From the NCBI GenBank assembly GCA_964234715.1, contig OZ174282.1: a stretch of 64,000 nucleotides of DNA. One strand, 5' to 3'. The translations under genes were made by a program, and so were the position numbers. Below, piece by piece: positions 22,885 through 35,200 of the stretch; the first letter of the stretch is position 1; each line of letters opens with the position of its first letter. This DNA comes from Podarcis melisellensis. Taxonomy: Eukaryota. The notes below the pieces were generated by a model that had not been told where the DNA came from, did not search any database, and saw only the letters and a program-made list of their open reading frames with translations.

Positions 22885-24804
22885 GGACCCTTAGACTAAC
22901 ATCTGTTAATTTGCTTAGTTTGTACTGACTTCGCCATGATGGTCAAGAAGATAGGGCCTTGAAACTCTAATCTCTGCAGGTGGAGAGAATCTCTTCCTTA
23001 GCTCAAGGGCCACATTAACCTTCCGGGGGCCATATTGTCATTTTTTTTAGAGGGACTTTACATGCAGGCCGCCTACAGCCTCTCAGATAAAGCTCTACCG
23101 CTTTGTCCCAGGTTTCTGTGTTAATGCTGCAAAGGATGGTATTTTTTTTTTTTTACACTGCTAAACTAGATGGTAATCTTTATTGATGGAAGAGGAAATG
23201 TTGTAGATTTTCCCAAGCAATTTGAGGAGGAAACACAAGACTTCATGTACTTACCACAAGCAAGATATAATCGGTTGGTTCAGCCAGGCTAGCTCTCTGT
23301 ACATAAGCCAGTAAGTGAGCAAATCTAGATGCAAAGGTGGGCAGAAAAGTGAAAATAAAATTTAACTTTGTATAGAAGGCTAGCTTCTACATCTACACTC
23401 ATGCTCTCTTGTCCACATGGCCCTCCCAAGTTTTTTCCAGGGACAATTCCTGGATTTACAGAAGCCGTCCCGGTTTCTGATTTGATCCCAGAATGTCCCA
23501 CTTTCCTTGGGACGTCCCTATTTTCATCAGAGAAATGTTGGAGGGAATGGAGTTCTGCGACCCCCGAGCCAAGGAGATAAGTAGCTATACAACCTTTAGA
23601 AGATATCTGAAGGCAGCTCTGTATAGGATTTTAATGTTAGATGTTTTATTATGTGTATGTATGTATGTATGTATGTATGTATGTATGTATGTATGTATAG
23701 GAAGCTGCCCAGAGTGGCTGGGTCAACCTAGTCAGATAGGCTGGGTAGTATTTTATTTTATTATTTTTATTATTATTGAAATGTTGGAGGATATGCCCTA
23801 CTCCTGCACCCTGGCAAGCAGGACGTATCAGAGTGCAAGGATGTATTCTAGCCAGGCAAGAAGGATGAGAAGCAGGCTAGTTAAGGCATGTAGCTGGAGG
23901 GAAAGAGGGTGTGACTTCGCAGTGTCCCCTGGCCCAGGTACAGATATTTGGAGGCTTAAAAACAACAGGGCTTTCTTGCCCACTAACAAAGGAGGTGGAG
24001 GTGTGGGCTGTGGCTCTGCCAAGCAAACATGACAAATCTTTCACACTTGACTTTTCTTTCTAGCACCACTGTGTCCTAAGAAACAGACTTTTTCAGCGAA
24101 GGCAGTGACCACAAAATAGCAAATAAAGAGAACAAAACTCGAGCAGAGTCAAAAGTACCATTACAGCTAGTTTGGACAGAAAACCCTCTGCACCAGTGTG
24201 TAACTCCTAAAGAACGGAATAAAAAGGGACACATTCTTCAAGTTGTCAGTGTTTGCCTGTGTTAAAACTTAATGAGCTTTGGTTGAGAAAGCAAGTTAAA
24301 AGAAGACGAAAAAAGCTGGCAGCCACCCAAACAGAAAACCACAAGTTTCCTCTGCTTTGCCTTTTCCAAAAGCAGAGGTTGCCAATGTGGTGTCCGCAGA
24401 GTCTCCCTGCCCCATTGAAATTAGTGTGCTATTGTAGCCAAGAGAAAATAGGTTGTGGTGTGTGCTTGGCTGCAGTATCTCTGCCTTGCAAATGTGCCTA
24501 CTGGCCCAGAAAACACTGGCAACCCCTGCCCTTATTGCACTGTGATCCGCTACATGAATACAGGGATATTTCTGCAGGACAAGCTGGCTGTGGATTCATA
24601 GAATCCTAGATCATCCCTGCTTATGCACACAAGTTGTTTTTGCAGCCTCTACATATCATCGCCCTCAAAATGCCATTCCGCTCCCCCGTGTAATCTGGAT
24701 TTACTTTTGCTTACTGAATTTCCTGCAGAAACATTAAACCCACATTAAATGGGGGAATCTGGGATAATGTTTTGAAGGGGGAGCTCATTTGGACGCTGCA
24801 CAAA

Positions 24805-24970
24805 ATTCCTGGAGTGGTGGAGCATCTGCTTTGCATGCAGAAGGTCCTGGGTTCAAACGCCGGCTTCGTCAGGGAGGGCTGGGAAAGAATCACTGCCTCA
24901 AAAACCATGGAGGGTTGCTGCCGGTCAGAGTAGACAGTACTGAACTGGATGGACCAATGGTCTGACTCAG
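24805..24970 (+). mobile_element. tRNA(Ala)-like-head SINE (Squam3-like)
   Basis: GTGGTGGAGCATCTGCTTTGCATGCAGAAGGTCCTGGGTTCAAAC head, followed by CCAATGGTCTGACTCAG. Confidence 0.65.
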
Positions 24971-25217
24971 AGGTGCTAACTTGTGCCCCAGATTGTGGGT
25001 GCCCAGTGGCACACATGCGTTTGATGCAACATCATGATAACAGGTGCCCGTGGTCTGCACTTTCTGGAAGCAACTGAACAGTTTGGTTCCGAATGGCTTT
25101 CCCGGCTGGGTAACTTATTGATATGTGTCTCTTTTGTTTTAATTCAAATGCATCTGCTGTTTCCTTTTTATTGTGCATTGCCTTGAACCACAGTGCAGAA
25201 GGCGATTAATAATAATA

Positions 25218-25443
25218 CAATGGTACCTCGGGTTACATATGCTTTAGGTTACAGACTCCGCTGACCCAGAAATAGTGCTTCAGGTTAAGAACTTTGCTTC
25301 AGGATGAGAACAGAAATTGTGCTTTGGCGGCACGGCGGCAGCGGGAGGCCCCATTAGCTAAAGTGGTGCTTCAGGTTAAGAACAGTTTCAGGTTAAGAAT
25401 GGATCTCCGGAACGAATTAAGTACTTAACCTGAGGTACCACTG
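25218..25443. mobile_element. Mariner/Tigger-like MITE (CAGTGGTACCTC family)
   Basis: TIRs and TA TSD. Confidence 0.85.
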
Positions 25444-25800
25444 TAATATGATGATGATGTTGATGCACTAGCTACAAAGCATTGGACTGTCCCCAACGTG
25501 TAATCTTATAACTTTAGTTCTTCCCCTGGTATCCTGGTCACCTTCACTGCTATGACACAGCAGTTCTCGTGACTCTTCTCAGCAAGGCCAAGACAGAAAG
25601 ATCCATGGTCTCAAGAGTGCGTTGGCTTTGGACGTGGGAAAACGCCAGGGGAAATATTTGCTCAGTCATGGAGCCTGTTGGCTGGCAGCCTAACTTCAGA
25701 GGTAAACTGAGAACCCCATGTAAGCTATCCCCAGCTGCTTGGAGTAAGGGTAGGATACACAATTGTCTAATAGTCTATATATATATATATATATATATAT

Positions 25801-26009
25801 ATGCAGGTTTTGGTGTCCTCGGGTGTCTTCCCGTGTAAAAGTTGGGGTGTCTAGGCGACGTTTCGACGAGGTCTCACTCGTCATCTTCAGCCTGAAGATG
25901 ACGAGTGAGACCTCGTCGAAACGTCGCCTAGACACCCCAACTTTTACACGGGAAGACACCCGAGGACACCAAAACCTGCATTCCTGTACCCGTGAAAATC
26001 TACGAAAGC
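25801..26009 (+). mobile_element. Penelope-like element remnant: inverted pseudo-LTR inserted in (TA)n
   Basis: Perfect 90-bp arms (25801-25890 and 25892-25981) plus a 3' extension; a hammerhead core sits at the centre, with (TA)n on both sides. Confidence 0.8.
25892..25928 (+). ncRNA. Minimal hammerhead-ribozyme core (mirrored on the minus strand at 25854-25890)
   Basis: CUGAAGA-U-[GACGAG UGAGAC CUCGUC]-GAAA-CG-UC; only 2-3 bp of stem I remain. Confidence 0.65.
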
Positions 26010-26020
26010 ATATATATATA

Positions 26021-26515
26021 TTTTTTTTTTATAAAAATTTTTATTGAGATTTTTTACAGATACATATTTAACAAACAAAATAGGTTTCATAACATCTTTT
26101 CATTCTATTGCGGACTCCCTCACGTCTCCCGCTTCCACTCTCATCATTAAAAACGAATTTTTCCAAGCAAATTATCATCTTGTTTATACTCTTAAGTGCA
26201 ATGTTTAGGTTAAACTCAAATAAAAAATTATAATTTTAATGGTAGACAGTTATTTCTGCTCTGGCTTCCTTGTTAGGATTCAACCAAATTACAATACTTT
26301 TGTAAATAAATCTTAAATTTCTTCCAGTCTTCTTCAACCCTCTCCTCTCCCAGGTCGCGGATTCTGCCAGTCATCTCGGCCAGTTGCATATAGTCCATCA
26401 GCTGCATCTGCCATTCTTCCAGTGTTGGTAGATCTTGGGTTTTCCAGCTCTTAGCAATAAGTATCCTTGCCGCCGTTGTAGCGTACATAAAAAATGTTCT
26501 ATCCTTCTTTAACAC
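26021..26515 (-). mobile_element. L1-clade LINE 3' end
   Basis: ORF2-like C-terminus FFMYATTAARILIAKSWK...EEWQMQLMDY...EDWKKF, then AATAAA and an A-tail on the minus strand. Confidence 0.8.
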
Positions 26516-26523
26516 GTTATATA

Positions 26524-26571
<48 letters not shown>

Positions 26572-27588
26572 GATTTCAGCTTCGTCACATTCAAGAATAG
26601 GGATAAATTCCCCACCCGCCTGAGGGCTATATTTTCCAGAATTTTCCAGACATTGCGGGATTCGGCTGTCAGAAACAGTGTCCGGGCAGAAATTGCTTAA
26701 ACATCCGGGGAAATCCAGACATACGGCAAACCCATGTCGGAAGTGTAGATTTCGGCAAATTTCCTTAAATATAGCTTTGAAACTTCTTTTTCTTGTTGAG
26801 ATCTTGTGAAAATAGCTCAATGACTTTTGTGTCCGGATTTTCTCTTTTTGAAATACGGCAACCCTATTGTATTCCCTTCTGGACAACTTCCCAGAGGTCA
26901 CATGACAGTGGTGGGTGGGGCCAGAAGCACATACCCTCCAATTGAAATCCTGGAGAGTTACTGCCAGTCAGGGAGCCACTGAGCTAGAATGGACCACTTA
27001 TCTCTGTTTAAGGCAGATTCCCATGTTCCTATGGCATTAATGGACCTAAGTTAGTGATGTCCATTCACGTCTATGAGGCTACACTGCTTAATAGTGGATG
27101 CAACCCAGTACTGTATGTCTTTCCCCACTTCAGTTAAGTGGATGAAACGAAGACAGCTGTGGGCTTGAGTGCGAAAGGAGTGTGAGCTCAGTTCAGTTCT
27201 GGAGACAAATTCCTAGGCGAAAGATGTGAGCCTTGTTCTTTAATCCTGACTGTATGTTGTTTGCACCTGGTTCTGGTTGGCAGATCTCGAGGTTCTAGTG
27301 AAAAACTAAATTGACCCAACAGTTTGGATAGTTTGTGCATGCCTGATTTGCAGGAGAGCTGCAACTTGCACCCATTTAACCTGCGCACATTCAACTTTAC
27401 ACACTTGGCAATAAAAAAATAAAATAAAAATAAGGGTGCAGGCATCTGGGAAAAAATACATTGCCAATCCCATCTGCCTTTGCACCCAAAGTGCTTTGAC
27501 TATGCGTGATTTTGACTTTGTGCTCTATCCCTGGAACATGAGAGTCAACTGTAGTAGACAATACTACCTAGCAGAGCAAGGCTTCGGT

Positions 27589-28113
27589 GTGGTATGAAGT
27601 CCTTCCAAAGGAGCTGACCAGTGAAGGAGAGGGGCAACAATAGTTCGGCATTGGAAGCAGCTGACAGGGACCGTGCTGAGGATCAGGATCCTCAATCTTC
27701 CCAGGAGCAGTGGGACAGTATAGATTTGGAACAGTGGTTTGCAGAGGGACATAGTTCAGAAGACAGAAGTTGGGAAGAACTGGGTGGTGAACAGCTAGGA
27801 GAAGAACTGGGAGAGAGTTAACAGACTCTCTCTCACTGGTAAGCATCCATCCGCTCAGCCCAAGGTCAAGGAGAGCAGAGAGGGTGGCAACACAGAAAGC
27901 ACAGTGGTTGCAAGACGAGGAACTGACATGGGTGACTAGGGGAGGAAGCAGGTGGAACCCTTAACTGGGAGCACCTTCATTCCTAGGAATGGATTCTTTG
28001 TTCTCTCTCTGTGATCATTAATATCTGTAAATGGTAAGAGACTCCTTTCGCTTTGTTCTGCTTATCTACTGCCAAAGGGGGCAGGGAGTAAGCAGAGTCC
28101 CTGAAGCCTGACA
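27589..28113 (+). mobile_element. Putative solo LTR (Gypsy-like)
   Basis: Purine-rich U3-like segment with a ...CCTGACA end; the left boundary and TSD are unclear. Confidence 0.35.
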
Positions 28114-28992
28114 GCAGCCTTATGTCAAGGCAGCCCGCTGCTCAGTCTAGCTCAGCATCACCTGCACTGACCGGCAGCAGCTCTCTGGTGCTTCAGTGAG
28201 GCGTCTTTCCCACTCCTACCTGGAGATGCTGGGGAGGCCATTTGCACACATGTGCTCTTGAGACCTGCTGGTGAAGGGCAGGAAATAATTTTAATAAAAC
28301 GTGCCCGACCACTGAGCTACACCCTTCTCCACCAAACATCACAGCAACACAGGAAGATGTGGTGAAGGGGAGAGTGCTCCTGCACCCGGGTCCTGCTTGC
28401 TGGCTTTGGCATCTGGTCAGCTGCTATAAGGAACAGGCTGCTAGGCTGGGTGAGCCCTGAGCCCCATCCAGCAAGGTCCTTCTTATGAGTCAGACCCCTA
28501 GCTCTCCACACTGGCTGGCAGAGGCTGTCCAAGATTTCAGGCAATATTTTCTCCCAGCCCTACAAGGACACGCCAGGGATTCAACCTGGGTATTGAACCT
28601 GCACTCAAAGCAGGTGTTCTTCCACTGCATCACAGTCCTTCGCACCAACGGGTGTTCTCCGAATCCAGCCCATAAAAAGCCACTCTGGAGATCTCCGGCT
28701 GTGTCACACTCCACTGACTCACCGGGCCCAAATGTTGCTCTGCCTATCAAGCCTCTGGCGACCCGCCGAGTGGATTTTTGCTGCCGGCCTGATATCGCTG
28801 AGAAAAAGGGCATGAGTTGCCAAGTCCTGGTGTGGCAGCTGTGCAGGGCCATTCCTCTCTCCTCACCAGGTCCATGAAATGAAACTCAGGAGGCGATTTA
28901 GCTGGACTTTGTTCTCATCACCCTCCTTTTCAGAATTATTAGGTCTCTAGCCCACCTTTTATATGCCTGTTGTCTTTGTCCATGGAGTTTTC

Positions 28993-29182
28993 AGACCCTG
29001 GTGTTGGGAAAGATGGAGGGCACAAGGAGAAGGGGCCGACAGAGGACGAGATGGTTGGACAGTGTTCTCGAAGCTACCAACATGAGTCTGACCAAACTGC
29101 GGGAGGCAGTGGAAGACAGGAGTGCCTGGCGTGCTCTGGGGTCACGAAGAGTCGGACACGACTAAACGACTAAACAACAAAA
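28993..29182 (+). mobile_element. BovB 3' end
   Basis: Matches the reverse complement of 1871-2060; TSD AGCCCACCTTTT at 28949-28960 and 29183-29194. Confidence 0.9.
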
Positions 29183-29284
29183 AGCCCACCTTTTCTCCAA
29201 GAAACTCTTCTTTCCCCTCACAACCATGCCTATAGGTGAGCCAGGGGGTATAGGACAAAGCCAGTACTCAGGAAAAGCCAAGAG

Positions 29285-29596
29285 CAGGGGTCAGCAAACT
29301 TTTTCAGCAGGGGGCCGGTCCACTGTCCCTCAGACCTTGTGAGGGGCCGGACTATATTTTGAAAAAAAATATGAACGAATTCCTATGCCCCACAAATAAC
29401 CCAGAGATGCATTTTAAATAAAAACACACATGTAAAAACACCAGGCAGGCCCCACAAATAACCCAAAGATGCATTTTAAATAAAAGGGCACATTCTACTC
29501 ATGTAGAAACACACTGATTCCCGGACTGTCCGCAGGCCAGATTGAGAAGGCGATTGGGCCACATCCGGCCCCCGGGCCTTAGTTTGTCCACCCATG
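29285..29596. mobile_element. hAT-type MITE
   Basis: CAGGGGT...ACCCATG ends, 8-bp TSD GCCAAGAG and an internal tandem repeat; same family as 37132. Confidence 0.88.
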
Positions 29597-29998
29597 GCCA
29601 AGAGGGTAAGCTCAAAGTGCAAGTCAGAAGAACAGAGGGTGCAGGTAAGTGCTAGGGCTAAGGAAGATCCTTGCTGAGGCAGAAAACTCTTTATATTATT
29701 TTCTGCCTCAAGAGGATTCATTGGGCAGCCTGGGGGTGGGGGAGCCAAGGGAATCAAGTCTAGGGTCTGAAGAAGCTGCCCAACCTCACACAGATTATCA
29801 ACACCTCTAGACAATTCATAGCATCCTGGTTTACCTGTGTGGGTCCTCCTCAGCTCCAAGAAACAGATATATACTCATATATACTATTCCAAATACTGTG
29901 TTTATTGTTCCATAAAACTGAAGCCAGTTAATGCCAAGGCAAAGGACTCCAGGGAAGGGGAGATTTACAAGGTTGTTGGCTATGGTCAGGTGTGTCTC

Positions 29999-30080
29999 TC
30001 ACTGCCGCTCGTACATCTCCTTCAGAATCTTCATGCTCTCCGAGTATCGCAGCTGGTTCTTGTGCGATCCCTCTTTCCAC
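29999..30080 (-). CDS. LIN37: LIN37 (MuvB/DREAM subunit), last coding exon
   Basis: [26 protein letters not shown]; AATAAA on the minus strand at 29901-29906. Confidence 0.95.
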
Positions 30081-31126
30081 CTGTGAATAGCGGAGGCTAC
30101 AAGTCAGCCACACAGCCCCGTACGTCTCTTTATACCCATGGCTCTCTCAGATCAGTTGTTTCCCACGATCCCCACAAACAGCGGTCGCTGGTGCCCCTTG
30201 AGGTTGGTAGGGTGTAAGGCGGGGAGACCAATGGTAGGTGGCGCTAGAGTCTTATGGTGGGCGGAGCTACCTAGTTCTAGTTTCGTCTCCAATTTCCTCC
30301 CTGCTAAGCTCTATGGCAGAGCTTCCCAAACTTCTCATGTCAGTGACGCATTTTTTAGTCATGCGTCGGTAATTCGGTTTTACTAGTAAGCCGGAGGTTA
30401 AAGTAACCCCTTATAAGAGCGTTCACACAAGCATGCCTACACACTAACGTGCTGCAACACACAGTTTGGAAAGCTCTTCTGCTCTACAGGAATCAATGGA
30501 GAGGAAGCCAGGGCCACTCCCTTGACTGGCCACAGGTAAGGAGGGAGGCAGGTAAGGGGCTGGGTTGAGGGCAGAATGAAGTTGGTGGCAGTGGCTTTGG
30601 TAATATGGTGCCCTGAGGGAGGACAAAATCCCCCCCTTCTTATTTTCACAATAATTCATTTTGGTACAGTTGATTTTTTATATACCTGGTGGTGTTGTTA
30701 TTTGGCATTCCTTCAGCTTGGTGCCCTGTGTGGGCGACCAGCTTGCACCACCCTAAATTGCCTGGCACCATTATTCACTTTTAGGTGCCAGGCAAAAACA
30801 TTCCTCTTCAGCCAGGCCTTTGGCTAACATCCTATATCACTGAAAATGTGTTTGTGTGAGTGCTGGGGAGGGGCGGTTATGGGTTTATTTCATTCCTGTT
30901 TTTATTATGTATTCTGAGTTTTAATCTAGTATTTTTATGCTCGCGAACCACCCTGAGATCTACCAAGGAAGGGTGCTAAACACAATTAATAAAGGACAAT
31001 GGTCATAAATGAATCTGGCAGTTTGTGGGGCAGTGCCCCAGTTTGCCTTAATGGACCGGCCTCCTCTGCAAAAGGTTCTCTGGCTCATGCCCTCCTCCTC
31101 CTTGCTTCCAGAGCCCAGCATCCTAC

Positions 31127-31200
31127 CTCTGCCTGATCTTCTTCCACCGCTCCATGTTCTTGTAGATGAGGGAGGACATTGATGGTACGGCATCAGAAGC
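31127..31200 (-). CDS. LIN37: LIN37 coding exon 8
   Basis: ASDAVPSMSSLIYKNMERWKKIRQR, flanked by AG/GT. Confidence 0.93.
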
Positions 31201-31207
31201 CTGGAGT

Positions 31208-31211
<4 letters not shown>

Positions 31212-31272
<61 letters not shown>
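31212..31272. repeat. (GA)n microsatellite
   Basis: About 30 GA units. Confidence 0.97.
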
Positions 31273-31276
<4 letters not shown>

Positions 31277-32433
31277 GATTTCGTCAGCACTCTGCTTGGC
31301 CTAAAGCCCTGTAGGGCTGACACAGCAGCCTGGCAAGCAAAATAACCCAATCAACTCAAAAGCTATCCAAAGGCCAAGAAGCAAATGAAATGAAGATGCA
31401 GTAACCCCCTTAGTTGGAGAAAATAAAAATGCAGAGATATATTTTCTTGCGGAAATCACAGTCAACATGCTGAGAGTCCATTGACCTTAAATAATTATCT
31501 TTACTTGTTAAAAGAAAATGTTTAAAATGGCCTATACATTCAATATTTGCACGTGTAAAATTTGTGTATTTATGCGAGTGCAGCTGCCACCAGTAGCAGA
31601 CAATACTAAGCTTCAGAGATCAATGTTTTGGTTGGTATAAGGCTTCCTATATGTTTATTGGCTGCCGTCCACTTCAGATAAAATGCCACCCTCAGTTGAC
31701 AACTCTATCTACACACATAAAAAAAAGGTGGAGGGGAAGAGAGAGAATGTGAACAGCGGGAAATCCCTGGTCTTGACAGAGCCCCTAGTGAATAGAATCA
31801 AACTTGCCGGAAAATTCTAGTTCAGTAACTATTAGTTGATGGTTGTTCAGCCTTTGTAGTTATTTATACTCAGCTTTCCCACATAGCTCAAAAGAAGCTT
31901 GCAACTTTGAGATGTCATACTAATGCAACAATAAGGAAAAAGAAGAGTTCAGTCCCCAGTCTCAATAATAAAACCCAACAGCACTCAATATTGCTTAGAG
32001 CAAACTGCAAGCTCTTACAAATTTCCCCAGGTATTCCAGAAACCGAGGGAACGCTGTGGTGAATTGCAGTCCGTGGCTGCCCAGCCTGGCCAAGGATTTT
32101 AACACTGCAGCAGGTGAAGCTGAGGCCCCCATCTGCACAATTCGTTTAAAGCAGTATCATGCCACTTTAAACAGTCACGCCTTCCCCCCAAAGAGTCCTG
32201 GGAACTGTGATTTAATGCTGGGAGGTGTCAGGAGACCCTTCTCCCAATTCCCCTCCCAGAGCTACAATTCACAAAGTGGTTTCACAGTCAGACCCTCTTC
32301 CTGGAAATTGCAGCTCTGTGAGGGGAATGGGATTTCCTGACAGCTCTCAGCACTACAGTTCACTGGATCCTTATTGTGGATGTGTTTGCTGCTCTTGGCT
32401 CCTGCAGGAGGAAGAGCAAGATATAAATATAAA

Positions 32434-32580
32434 CAGTGCTTTCCCCCCTAAAAAAAATGCTTAGGGGTACTCTCATTTTCCTACTCATATTGAAATACTG
32501 CCCCTCAAAGAGGCCAAACTTAGATTCACAAAATGTTTAGGGGTATGTGTCCCCTGTGTCCCCCCAGAAAAAAAGAACTG
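32434..32580. mobile_element. hAT-type MITE
   Basis: CAGTGCTTT...AAAGAACTG ends; 8-bp TSD AATATAAA. Confidence 0.7.
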
Positions 32581-32591
32581 AATATAAATAT

Positions 32592-32944
32592 AGGTAAAGG
32601 TAAAGGGACCACTGACCATTAGGTCCAGTCGTGGCCGACTGGGGTTGCGGCGCTCATCTCGCTTTATTGGCCGAGGGAGCCGGCGTACAGTTTCCGGGTC
32701 ATGTGGCCAGCATGACTAAGCCGCTTCTGGCGAACCAGAGCAGCGCACGGAAATGCCGTTTACCTTCCCGCCAGAGCGGTACCTATTTATCTACTTGCAC
32801 TTTGATGTGCTTTCAAACTGCTAGGTGGGCAGGAGCAGGGACCGAGGAATGGGAGCTCACCCCGTCACGGGGATTCGAACCGCTGACCTTCTGATTGGCA
32901 AATCCTAGGCTTTGTGGTTTAACCCACAGTGCCACCCACATCCC
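32592..32944 (-). mobile_element. Sauria SINE
   Basis: TSD CTGAATATAAAT at 32578-32589 and 32944-32955. Confidence 0.92.
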
Positions 32945-33030
32945 TGAATATAAATTGCTTCAAATCAGCAGAGCTCCCACACTCCTTTTCTCCCTTCTCC
33001 CCCAACTCCCTGCTTTTAGGGTGCTCTGAC

Positions 33031-33180
33031 CGTGTCAGCAGCTACTTTCGCCTTGTCTTCAGGCTCTAGCGGGGATGGGATACGAAGGTTTACTGGTTCC
33101 CCTGCGGCATTTGTGTGGCAGGGAGCAGGAGGCGGCAGCTTGTACACATCCTGGCTCTTCCCATTCAGACCTTCGGCGCC
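33031..33180 (-). CDS. LIN37: LIN37 coding exon 7
   Basis: GAEGLNGKSQDVYKLPPPAPCHTNAAGEPVNLRIPSPLEPEDKAKVAADT, phase 0/0. Confidence 0.9.
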
Positions 33181-33445
33181 CTAGGATCAAAAACACGGGG
33201 AAAGAAGAGAGGCACAGGTTCAGTATCTCTTCGACTGTGGACTTGCCAAGCCGAAAAGTCCTCCCCCTCCATTCATTTCCTATGTTTATACCCCACCCCT
33301 TTCCCAGCTTGAGGCAGTATACATGGGAATGTTCCAATTTCATGATCACAATGTAATCTGGGAGGTAGGTTAGGCAACGATTGTGTGCTGTGGGGGGCTG
33401 AGTAGGGATTTGAGCCTGGTCTCTGCGGTCCAACTCCAAACCTCT

Positions 33446-33876
33446 TTATTAAAAAATATTTTTATTAAGTTTTACATAACAAATTTAAATTCAAACACAT
33501 CTTTCACCTCCTCATTTAGACTCCTCTGAATCTCTTGACTTCCCTCTGCCCTTCCATTGTTACCATTGTCAATCTTTTTCCCCCTTCATGTGCTTATCTT
33601 ATTTTCTCTAATTTGTTAAAAGAATAATAATCTATTTTCCCATAGTTTCTTGTACATTACAAGCACCACTCAAATCCTGCCAAAGTTTTTAGTTGTTTAC
33701 AGTGTTCTCTTAAGTACATTATAAATTTTTCCCATTCCTTCTTAAAATTCTTCTCTTCCTGGTTTCTGATTTTCCCAGTCAGTTTCACCATTTCGGCATA
33801 GTCCATCACCTTCATCAGCCATTCCTCTCTGGCTGGAACTTTTATCTTCTTTCCATCTCTGAGCCAGGAGCCAAGA
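33446..33876 (-). mobile_element. L1-clade LINE 3' end interrupting an older SINE
   Basis: Homologous to 26021-26515; TSD CCAAACCTCT at 33436-33445 and 33877-33886. Confidence 0.7.
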
Positions 33877-34450
33877 CCAAACCTCTAACCACTATGCCAC
33901 ACTGCAGGGCTGGCCTCATCATTGGGCAGAGTGAGGTGGCAGCAAATTATTGGTTATTTAAAACTCAGAAGCAAAGTGGCTGTGTGAGCTCCTCTCTGGG
34001 AGGCCTGCAAATTTGTGTGGTCTTGCTGAGCCAAGGTGTGGCCTAACATGTTGAACCTCGCCAGTACACACAAAAGAGTATTAATCAAAAAGAGTGAGCT
34101 TTGTTTTCATGGCAGCTGGGTAGAATTCTGCCCAATGTCAGTGCAGACCGACCACAGCCAACCCTTCCCCTCTGAAGTTTTGTGGTAATATTTTTTGATG
34201 TTGGATTAGGTGGTAGTAGCACAGGCATTCCTAGATCCCTTGAGGTAATAGTAAGCTGTGAGAGTTTTCTGGGCCACCTTTGCCAGGCCCTGCCACACTG
34301 AAACAAGATGGCGGCAGCAGCGGATGGGGGGAGGAATACCAGTCTGCTACCTCCCCCTTGTCTGCCACCTGTGGCAAAGGGCTCACTCTGCCCAATGAGA
34401 GGACTGGCCCTGCCACACCCTTTCCTAAGTGAGGGCCTCTTATTTAGTAC

Positions 34451-34617
34451 CTCCTCATCCTCCAGTAGGACAGGCAGATTCGGGCTGGGAGATCGCTCCT
34501 GTTCCCGGACCATGGGGCTGTTCCGCATCCAGGCCCGACAGATGGGGTACAGCGGGGTGCTCTCCGAGAACTGAGCCAGGTCGACGCTCCGGTCAAACAG
34601 CTTGATGACATAGGTGT
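34451..34617 (-). CDS. LIN37: LIN37 coding exon 6
   Basis: (N)[55 protein letters not shown], containing the conserved CRAW motif. Confidence 0.97.
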
Positions 34618-34720
34618 CTGCGGGGGACAAGGTAGCAAGACATAGCTCTGCAAGGCAGCCCTTTTAAAATGTCATCCAATTCTTGGGGTTATATGGGAGC
34701 CAATAAGGGCTCCATTTATT

Positions 34721-35200
34721 ATCAATCAATCAATCAATCAATCAATCTTTATTATGGTCCAGAGACTCAACAAATCGTTACAAAGCAATGCACAATTCAG
34801 ACAGCCTACCTCCAGGTTAAACAAGCATTTTGTTCAGACTTAAGGATAGGAATCATTGGTTCTTGCAACCACTGATTAAAAACTTTGCCACTGCTAATGT
34901 TCTAGCATTTGTCCGGTCTTCCAATAGGAACCTGACATAGTGAGCCTCTGATTTTCCTGGGAAAGGTACCAGCAAGGGTAGTATCAGTTCAGCCCTGGCT
35001 TGCTCATATTTTGCACAGTGCTGCAAAATATGTTTTATGGAATTGATGTCTTGAGCACACGAGCAAAGTCTGTCCTGGTAGGGAACTCCTCTCAACCTGC
35101 CATCCAACACGGCAGAAGGAAAGACGTTTAGTCTGGCTTTGGTGAAAAACCTTTGATAATTTGGTACTGTCAGGTTTTTAATGTAAGATGTTAACTTAAA
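34721..35200 (-). mobile_element. Non-LTR retrotransposon 3' end with CCHC knuckle (RTE-X-like)
   Basis: RFFTKARLNVFPSAVLDGR...RLCSC...KHILQHCAKY, followed by an (ATTG)n tail. Confidence 0.7.

Noticed and set aside
25696-26047. Mirror ORFs with the same peptide on both strands
   Set aside because: A trivial consequence of the DNA palindrome.
27621-27821. Acidic 66-aa ORF
   Set aside because: Lies in a purine-rich LTR-like repeat with no supporting exon structure.
29385-29500. Spaced direct repeats resembling a CRISPR array
   Set aside because: Only two units, internal to a hAT MITE, in a eukaryotic genome.
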